Shown in pieces: positions 13,201 through 27,477 of a DNA stretch of 64,000 bases; position 1 is the stretch's first letter; each line of letters opens with the position of its first letter. The translations under genes were made by a program, and so were the position numbers. Under the pieces are notes generated by a model. That model was not told the origin of the DNA. It saw only the letters and a program-made list of their open reading frames with translations, and ran no database searches. This stretch comes from Eledone cirrhosa. Lineage: Eukaryota. Location of the stretch: the NCBI GenBank assembly GCA_964016885.1, contig OZ024745.1:48732001-48796000 (forward strand). Reading direction: 5' to 3'.

Positions 13201-16200
13201 TACGAAGAAAGTCAGCAGTGTGGAGAGGTCTCAACTCTGATTTCTTTAGTAACATCATTTACAAGAGCAATAAGGACTACTTGTCTTATATGTTCCCCAC
13301 AATCTGAAATATAACTTAATGCTTTCATCCTCATCATCATTTAACATCCACCTTCTCTGCTAGCAAGGGTTGGATGGGTCTTCACAGACCAAGTCAGTAC
13401 TGAAGCAGGTCTACTGACTTTCCAGACAGGCTGGGAGCCCACATCTTGCTTACATATGGTCCCACATTCTACCAAGTGCATTTTATCATGGCACCAGTAC
13501 TAGGGGAGTTGTCAAGTTTTAACACAACTGAAGGGCCTCATCCATTAAACAAAATTAAGTTGTTAAATAATATGTAATTTATTGAATAATCAACAGAAAA
13601 AATACGATTTCTTTTTAGAAAACTTGATTAGATTTTGCAATATTTTGTAAGCAATTTTTTAGTAATTTTTTCTTTCTCTCAGTCCTACCAACCATAACAA
13701 CAAAGTCGACACAATACAGCACACAGCTTGATAAAAGTGTAATTCTCCAGTGCAAAGCTCATGGAATACCAAATCCCACAATAAGATGGACAAAAGATGG
13801 GCGAGAATTAGCTACTAATAATTATAAATATGCTATTTTACAAGGAGGCTGGCTCTCTTTACCTTTCCCAAGGTAGAATTTTTCATTACTTCTTTGTTTC
13901 ACTTTTAATGTCTTGTACCACAAGAAACTGCTATAGCAAGACATTCTTAAAAAGTCATTGATTGCATCACATTAGAAATTAAACTCTTTACTCTAACACT
14001 GCAAATGTTCACAATGATATTCCCTTTAATAAAAATACTATAAACATTTGAATTATAAAACTTGCCTTTATATTTTCTATACCAAATTAGTAGAAAGTGT
14101 TAACAGTGAAGATGTCTTAGAATATCGACATCAAATAATAGTAAAGATGCTGATGATGATAGTATGAAGAAGATGAGGAGCGGTGGTAGTGGTGGGTGAT
14201 AAAAATGATGATGGTAGAAGTGGCAGTGGTAATAACAGTTCTACAACTAATCTTGCCCTCTTTTTCTACATATTCAGTGCTTCATGCTCAATCAGAGTCG
14301 ACACGAGACAAACAACAGCAACAACTACTGTAAATACTCATATATAAGCCAATCCATATATAAGCCAACCCCTATTTTATGTCTGAGAAATGGGTAAAAA
14401 TGCAGCCCCATGTATAAGCTGAGGCAGCTAATCAGCAGATGGTGTGGTTTTGAAATTCTCATGAGTGGAGAATATATTCATGAAGTGTTAATATTTTGAT
14501 ATTTAAAATGTTTTAAGTGTCATTTAGTGTATAGTTTTTGTTTCACAACTCCATTATGTAATGATTTTTTTTATCAATTTCCAACTGTTTTGAAGGCCAT
14601 ATTTATTCAAAACAAAAAAAACACAATTGCAAAAACAAATTTCACTTCCAAACCAAACATACTTTAGGCAACTTGTGTATGTAGAATTTGAAGTTGGTGG
14701 AAATCACCAAAACATTAACCTCGAATATAAGCCAACCTCCCATTTTACCAACAATTTTTTTTTTTTATGTCACATATTTCTCAGTTTATATATGACTCTA
14801 TATATGGTACTTCTACTACTACATCATTAATATGAACTGCTTTGTAATGTCACACAAATCTGATTTTAGTTCTTATGATATTATTCTATTTTTTTTTAAC
14901 TGGTTTCAGTCATTAGACTACAACCAAGCAGGAGCACCACTTCAGTAATATATCAAACATTAATACATTTTGAGAGTTGATTAAATCCCTTAACCTCTCT
15001 CTTTGCATCTGTTTCAAAACATATTTGATTTTTTATCTGGGCCTTCGAGAGATATTTTGCAAGGTAAAACAAGACTATTCCAGGCTCTGAGTGCAGAGAA
15101 AGCTCCTTTCAAAATTCAAAGGAGCTGAGAGGTTTTTTGAAGAGATGGCATCAGCTTTTCACAGATCTCTCCTTGGCTCTCTGAGCCCCTGAGCCTCTTG
15201 TAGACCCTGTGTATTACCAATTTATTTAGGCAATGCTTCCAGTTCACATATATAATAATCTAATCAAAATTTATAGCTAATCTCCTGCATTTGTGAGATT
15301 TTAATTAATCATTACTTTTTCCATTTTATTTTATTTTAGAGCTGAAGATACTGGAACATATGTATGTATAGCAGAAAATAATGCAGGCCGAGCTGAGAAA
15401 CCAATTGAATTGAAAGTTCAAGGTTAGTAGAATTAATTAAAATAAACAGAACTACTTCCAAACAAACTTTAAATTAATGTTGACATATTTAATGCTGAGC
15501 TACTATCATTTTAATTATTTCAGAAAGTATGGGAGATAACTCCAAGCAAGTTTCTGTTTTATTTTGGCCTCATCAGCAAAATATTGACTTCACTGTTTTT
15601 GCTGAAGTAGTTATTAAAGAATCAATATTTAAATATACAAGATTGAAGATGTTTTGTAATATAATTTCTATTCCATTTTCCATCTGATTTGATTTCAGAT
15701 GCAATAAAAGAACATTCAATAGTTATTATCATCTTTATATCACTAAAGACTGTTTTTTATTGTTTGTCTTCAATTAAAGTGAGGTTAAGGGTTTGCTTTG
15801 CAGCCATATTTTCATGGTTTCAGTTCCATGGCATGGCATTGTTATAGCGTCAAGCTGACATCAATGCCTTGTGAATGAAATTTAGCCAACAGAAACTGCA
15901 TAGAAGGCCATCATGTATATATATATGTATATATATATATGTGGAGGCACATGGCTTAGTGGTTAGAGCATTGGCCTTGCAATCGAAAGGTTGTGAGTTC
16001 AATTCTCAGACCGGGTGATGTGTTGTTTCCTTGAGCAAGACACTATATTTCACATTGCTCCAGTTTACTCAGCTGTAGAAATGAGATGATAGGACTGGGT
16101 TCCCTATCATTCCACTGCAAAGTGGTCGTGGAGGTGCTACGGCAAAAAAGCACCCAGCCCACACTGTAAAGTGGATGTGTAGGCACCATGGAAAAAAGCA

Positions 16201-16836
16201 CCCAGCACTCACTGTAAGTGAGGTTGGTGTTAGGAAGGACATCCAGCTGTAGAAATCAAGCTAGAATCAGTTCCCGTCCCACCCTTGCAAACAGGGAAAA
16301 GCGGACGTAAAATGATGATGATGATGATGATGATGATATATATATATATATAAGATGGAAAAAGTTTAGAGAGCTACTCTCACTGTTGACCACAAAAGGG
16401 TTCTCCCTACATACAAACTACATGGAAGTGACACATAGGCTATGACTGCAGAGGACATACATAGACTGGAGAGAAATGAAACAACCATGCTTCGTTGGAT
16501 GTGCAATGTAAGTCTGAGAGAATGGTAGAGCTTTGATGAGCTGATGGAGAAGATGGGTTTAAGAGGAAGCTGAGATGGTGTGCAGGGGAGAAGACTGCAT
16601 TATTGTAGACATATGGTGCATATGGGTGAAGAAATGGCAGGAAATCCCAGTAGTAGGAAGCCACAGTTGAGGTAGACCAAGAAAGACCATGGGCAGAGGT
16701 TGTGAGAGCTGACCTCAAATCACTGAGACTCACGGAGGAGATGACGAAGGAATGTGACAAGTGGAGGGATACCATTCTGAGAAAGACCTGTCCAACCTGT
16801 GCAAGCATGGAAAAATGGGCATAAAAATGATGATAA

Positions 16837-16871
<35 letters not shown>

Positions 16872-16873
16872 TT

Positions 16874-16905
<32 letters not shown>

Positions 16906-19900
16906 TATATATATGTATATATATTTATATATATTTATATATATATATATATTTATATATATGTATATATATGTATATATATTTATATATATATATATTT
17001 ATATATATGTATATATATTTATATATATGTATATATATTTATATATATATATATTTATAAATATGTATATATATTTATATATATGTATATATATTTATAT
17101 ATATGTATATATATTTATATCTATATATATGTATATATATTTATATATATTTATATATATGTATATATATTTATATATATGTATATATATTTAGCGGCGA
17201 TGAATTAGTTTTGCGAGGTTTTTTATATGAAATCGTGTGTCGAAACAGATATTGTTATATTTGGGGAGGGTCATATTTGCGTAATATTGCCAGAATTAAT
17301 AACAGAACACACTCACTGTTTGGTTGGTTTTCGCTTCTCACTGTCTTTTATATATATATATCTGCGATCTAACTTACTCGGTCCTCAATGTTGCCATTGA
17401 CTGACCGGCGGTCAAAAATAATACAGATACAATATAGACACAAACACATATATATAGTTTACATAATTTACATAAATCTTTCGTTGCACATCTGCAACAT
17501 CGTCAGTGGTGTTATATTCATTGTTCCTCCTGTTGTGTTGTATGTCTACGCCATTTTTTTTTTGTTCAGTCTGTCTATATATTTATTTATTTATTTGCTT
17601 GTTTGTTTATCTTATTTTATTTTGTCTTCTTTGCGCATGCGTTTGCGCGTGTGTATAGTGTGATGTGTGACTAGTGTGTATAGTGTTGTGTCTGCTGGGT
17701 GACTAGTGTGTGTTTATGTGCTTGTGTATGTATTTATTTATCTTATTTTATTTAATTTTATTTATTTATACTTCTCTTAGGTCAGTGTTGTTTGTTTGGG
17801 TGTTGTTGTTGTTCCACTCATTCTTTCTGTTTAGCTTTGGTCTTCTAATTTCTATTTCACTGGCCTCTCTGATTTGCCTATCTGCTGGGTCATTCCTATG
17901 TTTAGATATTATTCTAATTTCTATGTTGTCTATGTTACCGTCATGTTGTTGTCTAGCATGTTCGTATAGTACTGACCCGTTTTTTCGTCCTTTTAGTTCC
18001 CCCCAGTGTTGGTCTATCCTTTCACCTATGCTACGAGCTGTCTCACCTATGTATGTTGTTGTCATGTTTCTGCAAGTACCCTCTGTACATCTTATGCTAT
18101 AGACTACGTTTCTAGTTTTACAGTTTATCCGGGGGTTCACCTTACAAATGATACATTTCCTATTGGTACAGTGGGTTTTCTTAAAAGGGTAGGTTTTGCT
18201 GATCAGGGATTTTATGGTGGTTCCTGGCTTTTCTACCACCTTTATTTTTAAGTGGGTCTTTCTCAGGGCCTTTCTACACTGGTTAGCTAATTTCCCTGAG
18301 AAAGACCCACTTAAAAATAAAGGTGGTAGAAAAGCCAGGAACCACCATAAAATCCCTGATCAGCAAAACCTACCCTTTTAAGAAAACCCACTGTACCAAT
18401 AGGAAATGTATCATTTGTAAGGTGAACCCCCGGATAAACTGTAAAACTAGAAACGTAGTCTATAGCATAAGATGTACAGAGGGTACTTGCAGAAACATGA
18501 CAACAACATACATAGGTGAGACAGCTCGTAGCATAGGTGAAAGGATAGACCAACACTGGGGGGAACTAAAAGGACGAAAAAACGGGTCAGTACTATACGA
18601 ACATGCTAGACAACAACATGACGGTAACATAGACAACATAGAAATTAGAATAATATCTAAACATAGGAATGACCCAGCAGATAGGCAAATCAGAGAGGCC
18701 AGTGAAATAGAAATTAGAAGACCAAAGCTAAACAGAAAGAATGAGTGGAACAACAACAACACCCAAACAAACAACACTGACCTAAGAGAAGTATAAATAA
18801 ATAAAATTAAATAAAATAAGATAAATAAATACATACACAAGCACATAAACACACACTAGTCACCCAGCAGACACAACACTATACACACTAGTCACACATC
18901 ACACTATACACACACGCAAACGCATGCGCAAAGAAGACAAAATAAAATAAGATAAACAAACAAGCAAATAAATAAATAAATATATAGACAGACTGAACAA
19001 AAAAAAATGGCGTAGACATACAACACAACAGGAGGAACAATGAATATAACACCACTGACGATGTTGCAGATGTGCAACGAAAGATTTATGTAAATTATGT
19101 AAACTATATATATGTGTTTGTGTCTATATTGTATCTGTATTATTTTTGACCGCCGGTCAGTCAATGGCAACATTGAGGACCGAGTAAGTTAGATCGCAGA
19201 TATATATATATAAAAGACAGCGAGAAGCGAAAACCTACCAAACAGTGAGTGTGTTCTGTTATTAATTCTGGCAATATTACGCAAATATGACCCTCCCCAA
19301 ATATATATATTTATATATATGTATATATATGTATATATATTTATATATAGAGAGAGAGAGAAAGAGAGATGATGATATATAAATACAGAGAGAGTGAGAG
19401 ATGATGAGGAAGAGTAGAAAAGGTAGAATGAGGTGAGAGTGTGTCTGTGAGCAACTGGTTGGAGTATGTTTCGTGCATGAGTCCTTGTTAGTTAATTGGA
19501 TGACTTTCTTTTGTATGTTTTTCTGTGTGAGGAGTTTATGCCATCCCAGATATGAAAACAATTTTCCATTAATTGTATCAATTTTCGCTATTATGACTGT
19601 GAGATCACCTGAAGAGATCATCCGTGATTATCATTCTTGAAACTTTGTGCCAATATTTTGCAGTAAAAAAAAAAAAAAAAGGAAAAAAAATCAGAAAAAG
19701 CATCCTTTCTAAAAACATGATTTTTCAAAAGTGTTAATAAAATAGCTAAAACACAAACTCCAAAATATACTGTGCTGAAATATAAATATTTAAATTGTTT
19801 TATTTTATTTTTGCATTAGTTCCACCTGTTATTGAAGAAACAGGTAACTTAATGAGTGCAACTGTAGGCAGCACTGTACAGATCCCGTGTAAAGTTACAG

Positions 19901-22900
19901 GCTTCCCAAATCCTAAGATAAAATGGAAGAAAAATGGCCAAAAGTTATTATTGAGAGGTGTAAAGTTTTCATTCAAGTCTGGAATTTTGACAATACAAGG
20001 AGTATTGGTTGGTTATAATTTGTATTTTTTGTTGTTGATTTTTGTTGTTAAAAAATTACAGCATCCTTTTATATTAATTTCTGGTTGCAGAAATAATATT
20101 ATGAAATATTATGAAATATTATGAAATATGTGGCTATGATTGTTTTGGGAAAGCTGATGCAATGCAAGTTAGAAATATAGAAACATATTTCATGGTATTT
20201 TGAGGATTATGACCCCTTTTTTAAAAGAGAGTGGCATATGATGGAATACTGAAATATCATATGTTGCTTTGTTTGTCTTACTTTACTCTAGTTTTCACTC
20301 CTATATTTCTATCTTGCATTATTCTGGCTTCTCCAAAATAATCCTAACGCAACATAAAATTAAAACAAGATAAAGTTTTTAAGTTATGACATCTATATAC
20401 AAATATTCTGATACAATATCTAAAATGTTATTTCGACATTTTTGCTCTAGTTTTAACAACAATATAAATATTATAAAATAAATATTATATTTTCGTTTCT
20501 TGCATCTAAGAATAATATTTGAAAGTTAAACATTCAACTTAATCACTCTGTCAAATTGAGAGCATTTAGAGATTACTATCAATTCAAAGTTATAAGTATT
20601 CACACATTCTTATCATCAATGTTTAGCATCTGTTTTTAATGACGTTGATGATAATAATGTCTGGATATTTATAATTTTAAATAGACATTACTATTTTAAG
20701 TTTTCTTCATTCTGTTTGTGAGGCTATGGAGTCTTGCTAAGAAATATAAAATTACAGTGTTTGCCCATAACTTCTAAATTTTTTCCAGCACAGGCCGTAC
20801 TCTGTTGGTTACGACGATGAGTGTCCCAATTGATACAGTCAACAGAACAGCCTATTAATGAAATTAATGTGCAAGTGGCTGAGCATTCCTCAAATATGCA
20901 TACTCATAACATAGTTCTCAGGCTGGCTCTTTGAATTACAAGTGCAACTCATTTTTGCCAACTGAGTGGACTGGAGCAAAGTTAAATAAAGTGTCTTGCT
21001 CAAGGACACAGTGTGCTGCCAGGCATTGATCTCACAACCATACGATTGTGAGCTGAGTACCCTAACCACAAAGCCACACACCATCCAGCATAGAGTTATA
21101 CTGATATATATTGAAATATAGATTGCTTTACTTACCTACTTAATATCAATTTCTAATTTAGGTACAAGGCCAAAAATTGTGGAAGGGCAAAATTGTTCAA
21201 ATCAAAAACTAGAGTTATATCAATGGTGATCCATACTAGATGTTGAGAAGAAGAACGTGATGTCAATGGCCAGGATCATTAAGTGAAAGACTGCAGCATG
21301 CATTGAGAAGTAGCATTGTATGCATGTATCAATGCATAATCGAAACTCATTAGACAGATGGATTGTAGACAACCTACAATGGAAAAACACTGTTTCCATA
21401 CTGTGCTGAAAACCTCAGATAATGTCAACCTCTGATGCACATTCAGCCCTCAGAAAATGGACCACTGAATGCTGTTCTACTTTGGAACACAGAAAGTGAA
21501 ACAATCCCTGTTTAATATAATAGCTTATTTATTTCTTGTTTGGAAATAAAGAAATTATTATGTTAAACAGGAGTTACTCCACTTTCTGTTTGCCACAAAG
21601 TAGAACAGCATTCAATAGTCCATTTTTGTGTGGGCTGAAAGTGCATCAGAGGTTGACATTATCTGAGGATAACAACTTGATTGACATTTCAAGTTCAAAC
21701 CCACACATTTGGGACTAGAAGGCCACCACATTTAGTGAGATAGAGATATCTGGTTTACCTTCCAATAAAAATAGTAAGTGTACTGTGGTTAAGTAATGAC
21801 TTACCTTTATAAGGTCAATAAAGAAAAGGCTTTATGTGGTCGTGTATGTGTCATGACAAAAAGCACCCAGCCCTCACTGTAAAGTGGTCATGTACACACT
21901 GTAAATATGGTTGGCATTAGGAAGGCCATTCAGCTGTAGAAAACCAGCCAACTTGCCTATAACGGGACAAACCCATCTAACCCATGCTAGTGTGAAAATA
22001 GACGTTAAACGATGATGATGATCTAAAAGGAAACTTAAATACTATTTTTACTGTTTTGTTTATCTTTTCAGGCAAGTGACACAGGTAGTTATATTTGCAG
22101 AGCTACAAACAAAGTTGGCCAAGCTTCCAAAGAAGTATTATTAAGAGTGCAAGGTAACATATATTTTTGATTTGGTAGCATGTTTTATAAATATATTTTT
22201 CCAATTATATTTGTCATTGTTTAGAATTCTTACACTGGCCTTCAACTTACATTTATCATATTTCCAGAAGTGTTTGTGTTGATATTTTATATTTATGAAA
22301 GGGTTAATCTAAAATCTATGTTTTAGTAATTCTAAGTTGAAAACAGTTCTGAATATGGGGTACATGCACAACAGGGGAACATTTTTTCTAGATGTTATAA
22401 AACTTTTTAATGCCAAACATTCTTTTATAGTGAGAGTTACCTCAAATTATTTGAGGTGTTGTAGTGGAGTATGGAACAAAAAGATTAAGAAGTGCTGTTG
22501 TAAATGGAAATAATAACATTTTCAATTAACAAATTTACAGTTTCATAACTTCATAGTTCATGTTTCTATTTATATAAGAGGAGCATTAATAGGAATGATG
22601 ATAATGATAATAATAATATATACATATATATTAAAAGTTTAAGCAAACAATTTCAGACAATCTATACTAATAAATATTTGCTCTACAGGTTTATATATAT
22701 TTATATATCAAAATAAATCAACGGAGTCATAGGCTTGCATTAGTCCCTGTAAATTATGTGCTCAAAGGAAAAGGAATCCTGGACTCTTCAAATATAATAT
22801 GTAGAAAAGATAACACCAGTGTATGGAATCTATAAACTACGAAAGGTGAGGTAGATGCATAATAATTAAAAATATAAATCAGAATGAATTTACCCACCTT

Positions 22901-25900
22901 TATAACTATATATCACCCACGTACAAACCTGAATAGATTTGTTTCGCCAAAAGAATGGAATGAAACATCCAGGCTCATCAGCGTGTGGTAAGTGGATACA
23001 TTCCAGACAACTCTAAGATAACTGCCTTGCAACACGTGGTAGAGAGAAGTGAATGTGTGCAAGAGTCAGTAAACTAGTGGCCTGGGTGGAATGAGCAGCT
23101 AAAAATTGCAGTCCAAAACCACTCAAATAAGGGTGCTCTACTAAACAGAGAGAGAAGACTGTTATAAGGAGCAATATATCAAAATAAATTAACAGAGTCA
23201 TAGACTCGCATTAGTCCCTGTAAATTATGGTGGTTTTTCCCTGTACATTGATATATTTATATATATATGTATATAAACATAAACACTTTATATATTCATT
23301 TATATATATATATATATAAATATATATATAATGAGAGAGAGTTATTTAAGTATCAAAATAGTTTTCAATTTAACTTTTTCTTTCAGTTCCTCCAAGCTTC
23401 AAAACATTACCAGAAAACAAAGATGTCCTCATCAATTCCCGATTTCAGTTGCATTGTTCTGCAGATGGAATTCCAGTTCCAGTCATATTCTGGCAACATA
23501 AAGGCAATCCTATCCATGGTACAAATAAAACCATTTTTACAATATCTTTTCTTTCTTTTAATTATAAACATAATAATTATATTATGAATATATTTCAATT
23601 TTTCTAACAATAATACTGGTTTTTTTCTGTTGTTAAAATGTTCTACTCCATCATTGTTTCTTATAATCTAGCTTCACCCAGTGTAAATGGACGAAGTAAG
23701 CTAACAGTAAGAAATGCTGGCACAGAATCGAGTGGTCAATATACATGCATTGCCAAAAATTCTGCTGGACATCGAGAGACTCAGGCTACTGTTGATGTGA
23801 AAGGTATTATACATAGCATATATTACATTTCTCCTGAAGTAAATAAATTGGCGTATTATGATATTCACTATGTCTAAACATAACCATTACTAATTTCTTC
23901 ATTATTTATCATATAAAATATTGTATCGAATACTTTCAACCAGTAAATTCCAGTTGTTCTCTCATTGGATAACTACCATGCAGTTGTGTATATAGTGCCA
24001 GCTAAATAACATCAAATAATGAATACTCCTTTCAAAATAATTGTTTTGAAGGCTTATATATATATATATATATATATTAAAACTCTACTTCTGTATTGAA
24101 TACTTTCTCACATCTGTCAACATGTACATACACATACTTATGTATATGTATATATGCATGTATATATATAAATGGCTTCTACACAACTAGAGCTGTTTCA
24201 TTCAAAGAAACAGTTTTAGTTGTAGAAACCATTTCTATATTAATTTTGATGTTTACACTCTACTAATGTATTGAGTACCTTACTTACTGTGGTTACCTCC
24301 AATTGAACCCAGGACTCACATATGTATATATATATATGATTGTTTTGGGAAAGGTACTTACATATGTATATATATATATATATATGATTGTTTTGGGAAA
24401 GCTGGTACAATGTAAAATCAAAATAAAAGAGTGAAAAGTAGAGTAGGGTAGAATAAGAAAACCAAAACAAAACAATAGTTTAAACCTTTACCTTGTATTT
24501 CATTGTATTTTAGAATACCAACTACATAAATATTTCAGTAGAATTTTGTTGAGTTTATTTGAAAACAAATTAGAATTAGACTATAACATAGAAATATCTA
24601 TACAACAAGGAAATGATAGGAATGAAAAAATAACTACCAGACTAAATCAAGACAGTGCTTCAGCATGGCCTCTGTCTAGTGACTGAAACCATTCTTCTTC
24701 TTCTTCTTCTTCTTCTTCTTCTTCTTCTTCTTCTTCTTCTTCTCCTTCTCCTTCTCCTTCTCCTCCTCCCGATTTTGCCCCTGAGAAAATGAACGAACTT
24801 GCCTACCTTTTCTACCCTAGAGTCCTTAAGTATCTCTTCTTCTGTCAGAAGTAGCTGTCTCCAATTGATCCAGCTGGACCCCCAAACAAGACTAGCAAAG
24901 CTCAATAGTTGTTATGCAACCATCTTACTCAGGGTCTACCTTTGGGTCTCCTACTAGTTGGTTTTGCTTATGAAATCTGTCTAGCAATTCTTTCCTTAGA
25001 CATTCTAATCACAAGCCCGTAATATCAGAGCTATGATCTCTCAATTCAGAGAAGTAGCAGTTCTACCTGGAGTGACTCTCTGATCTCCAAGCTACCATTT
25101 CAGTCACTTGTATCCATGATTGTATTTTTTTGGTCATTACCCAAGTTTCATGATCTTAGGTAAGGGTTGATATGAATAACAAATTGATGCTGAATGTCAA
25201 AATATCAAAATGAAAAATATACTTGTATGTCTTTCTACATCAACAAATATCCTTATGTTATTGGTGTCAGTGACTAATATTTGGATCATAACCTGGAAGT
25301 AATGAATTCTAAAATTAGAATGACACAAATATATAATTTCTCTTCAGTTATCTGAATCCTTAGAATAAAGTTTCCTTTTTACTTAATGCCCTCCTCTGCA
25401 AATAGGTCAATAACATAATCTAACTTATAAGAAATATTGCTCTGAGAATCTGAAGCTATATTTTTTTTTCTTTTTCTGTTGACCTTTTGTCTGAAAAAAA
25501 AATGTGTTTTTCATTGGAAGCACATCTGTCCAAATATAGCCTCACATTTAACTTCGGCTTAATTGTTTCTAGTCTAACATAACTTTTTTCCATGACTAAA
25601 TAATTTTCTAAAGTAATCTGATTACTTAATTTTTCCGTTATCTTCACAACCAGTTTTACATCCGTTTCTCCTTGCTAGTATGGGTTGGATGAGATTGTGA
25701 TGGAATTCAATGGCCAAATGCCCTTCCTAATACCAGCCCTCAATTGTTTGTTTTAAAAAGGATACAGATTTTCACATATATAGTCACAGGGTAGCAGAAT
25801 CTCTGTTTATGTAGAACATAAACAAATATTGCTGCCTGGAATGTCAAATGTGAACAAAGAGAAGAGATAATCACACACACACACACACACACATATCATC

Positions 25901-27415
25901 ATCATTCTCATAGTCTTAACGTTTGCTGTCTCTGCTAGCAAGGGCTGGATGAGCCCATACAGATCAAATCTGTACTGAATCAGATCTCCCAGGCAGGCCA
26001 AGTATTTGTGACCTGCTTATGTACAGTCTCACATTCCACCAAGTGTTGAGGAGAAGTCATTCTTTGATACAACTGAGGGTCCGCCCAATCCTTTGTTTGG
26101 CAAGATTTCTACAGCCGGATGCCCTTCCTATTACTAGCCACTCTACAGTGTGTACTGGATGTGTTTATTGTGTAAATCACCAACACTAGGAAGGTTGTCA
26201 TATCCTTGATGTGACTGAAGGGTCTCCTTGACCCTTTATTTGGCAAGCTTTCTACAGCTGGATGCCCTTTCTATCTTCAAGGTAGGTCAAGTCACATTTT
26301 ACACTGCAGGTCAGGGTCTTCTTCAGCTCTGCATAGTGCCAACATGTACAAAACCAATTTGCTGATTTGAGAGCTGATGAGGGTAAAGATGTATGTTTGT
26401 AGACTTGTCTTCTACATCACCTTTCTTTGTTTCCCTTTTCCAGTCACTTCTGTGCACCAACACACTTCTCCTTGTCCACCTCCTCTTTCAATCTTTTCTA
26501 TATTTCATCTGCCTGTCACCCATCTTGTGGATTGTCTCTCCACTCCCTACTGGCTGTTGGTCTCTGTCATCTGAGGCATTTTTGCCCATCGTTGTCTTTG
26601 ACACCATTTAGCTGTTTTAACCGCTGGTCTAGCGATGATTTTTATCATTTTTATATGTATTCAAATACACTCTCGCTTCGTCTCGATCAGAGACAACATT
26701 GTTTTTACATTTATATATATATATATATATATATATACATAGATACACACACACATATATATATATATATACATCATATATATATATATTTATATACATA
26801 GATACACACACATATATATATATATACATACATCATATATATATATATATACACATACATAATATATATATATATATATATAGGAGCTATATTTATCATT
26901 CCCCCTGCTTTTCAATGTCCAAGACTGTAGCAGTTCATGCCAAGTCGTTAGACATACAACAACATGTGTTTGGGTCCCATCTTAGACTTAATCATGGATA
27001 ATTGATGTCTTGTATATTTAGTTAATTAATAAATTGATTAAGATTGGTTAACTGACAAAAGTTCTTACCTTAGCATGGTAATTATCCAGTTAATTGTGGT
27101 GATTAATATGTTTCTCTAGAACCAGCAACAGCAGCTGTCTGAGCATATATTAGAACTGTACATTGCTAATATTGTTCTAACTGATTATCTGTTCTATATG
27201 TTTTTTGTACCAATAACAGGATCTTGTGAGTTCCCTCTGTTTTGAAATTTTACCGAATTTACATTGAGGGGGTATTGGACAACAATATATATCGATATTT
27301 TCATTATATACCTTATGTAAAAATCGAATTTTTAGGCCATCTTTTAAGGTTAAATTTATGTTGACTATTACATGGATTCAACAAAAAATACAGTAATCAC
27401 TCTCTCTTTCTCTCA

Positions 27416-27477
<62 letters not shown>

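Noticed and set aside
15945-16015. tRNA-like sequence with A and B boxes
   Set aside because: Head of a multi-copy SINE continuing into body and tail; no convincing complete cloverleaf
16799-17372. Ile/Tyr-rich ORFs (also 26699, 44878, 46015)
   Set aside because: Translations of (TA)n microsatellites
17710-18852. Hydrophobic 130-aa and 81-aa ORFs present on both strands
   Set aside because: Antisense or alternative frames of the PLE GIY-YIG palindrome
24660-24905. Poly-Arg ORF (also poly-Ser/Leu/Cys ORFs at 52292-52560)
   Set aside because: Trinucleotide microsatellites
26372-26430. CTGATGA motif as possible hammerhead
   Set aside because: No stem II-GAAA-stem III arrangement downstream
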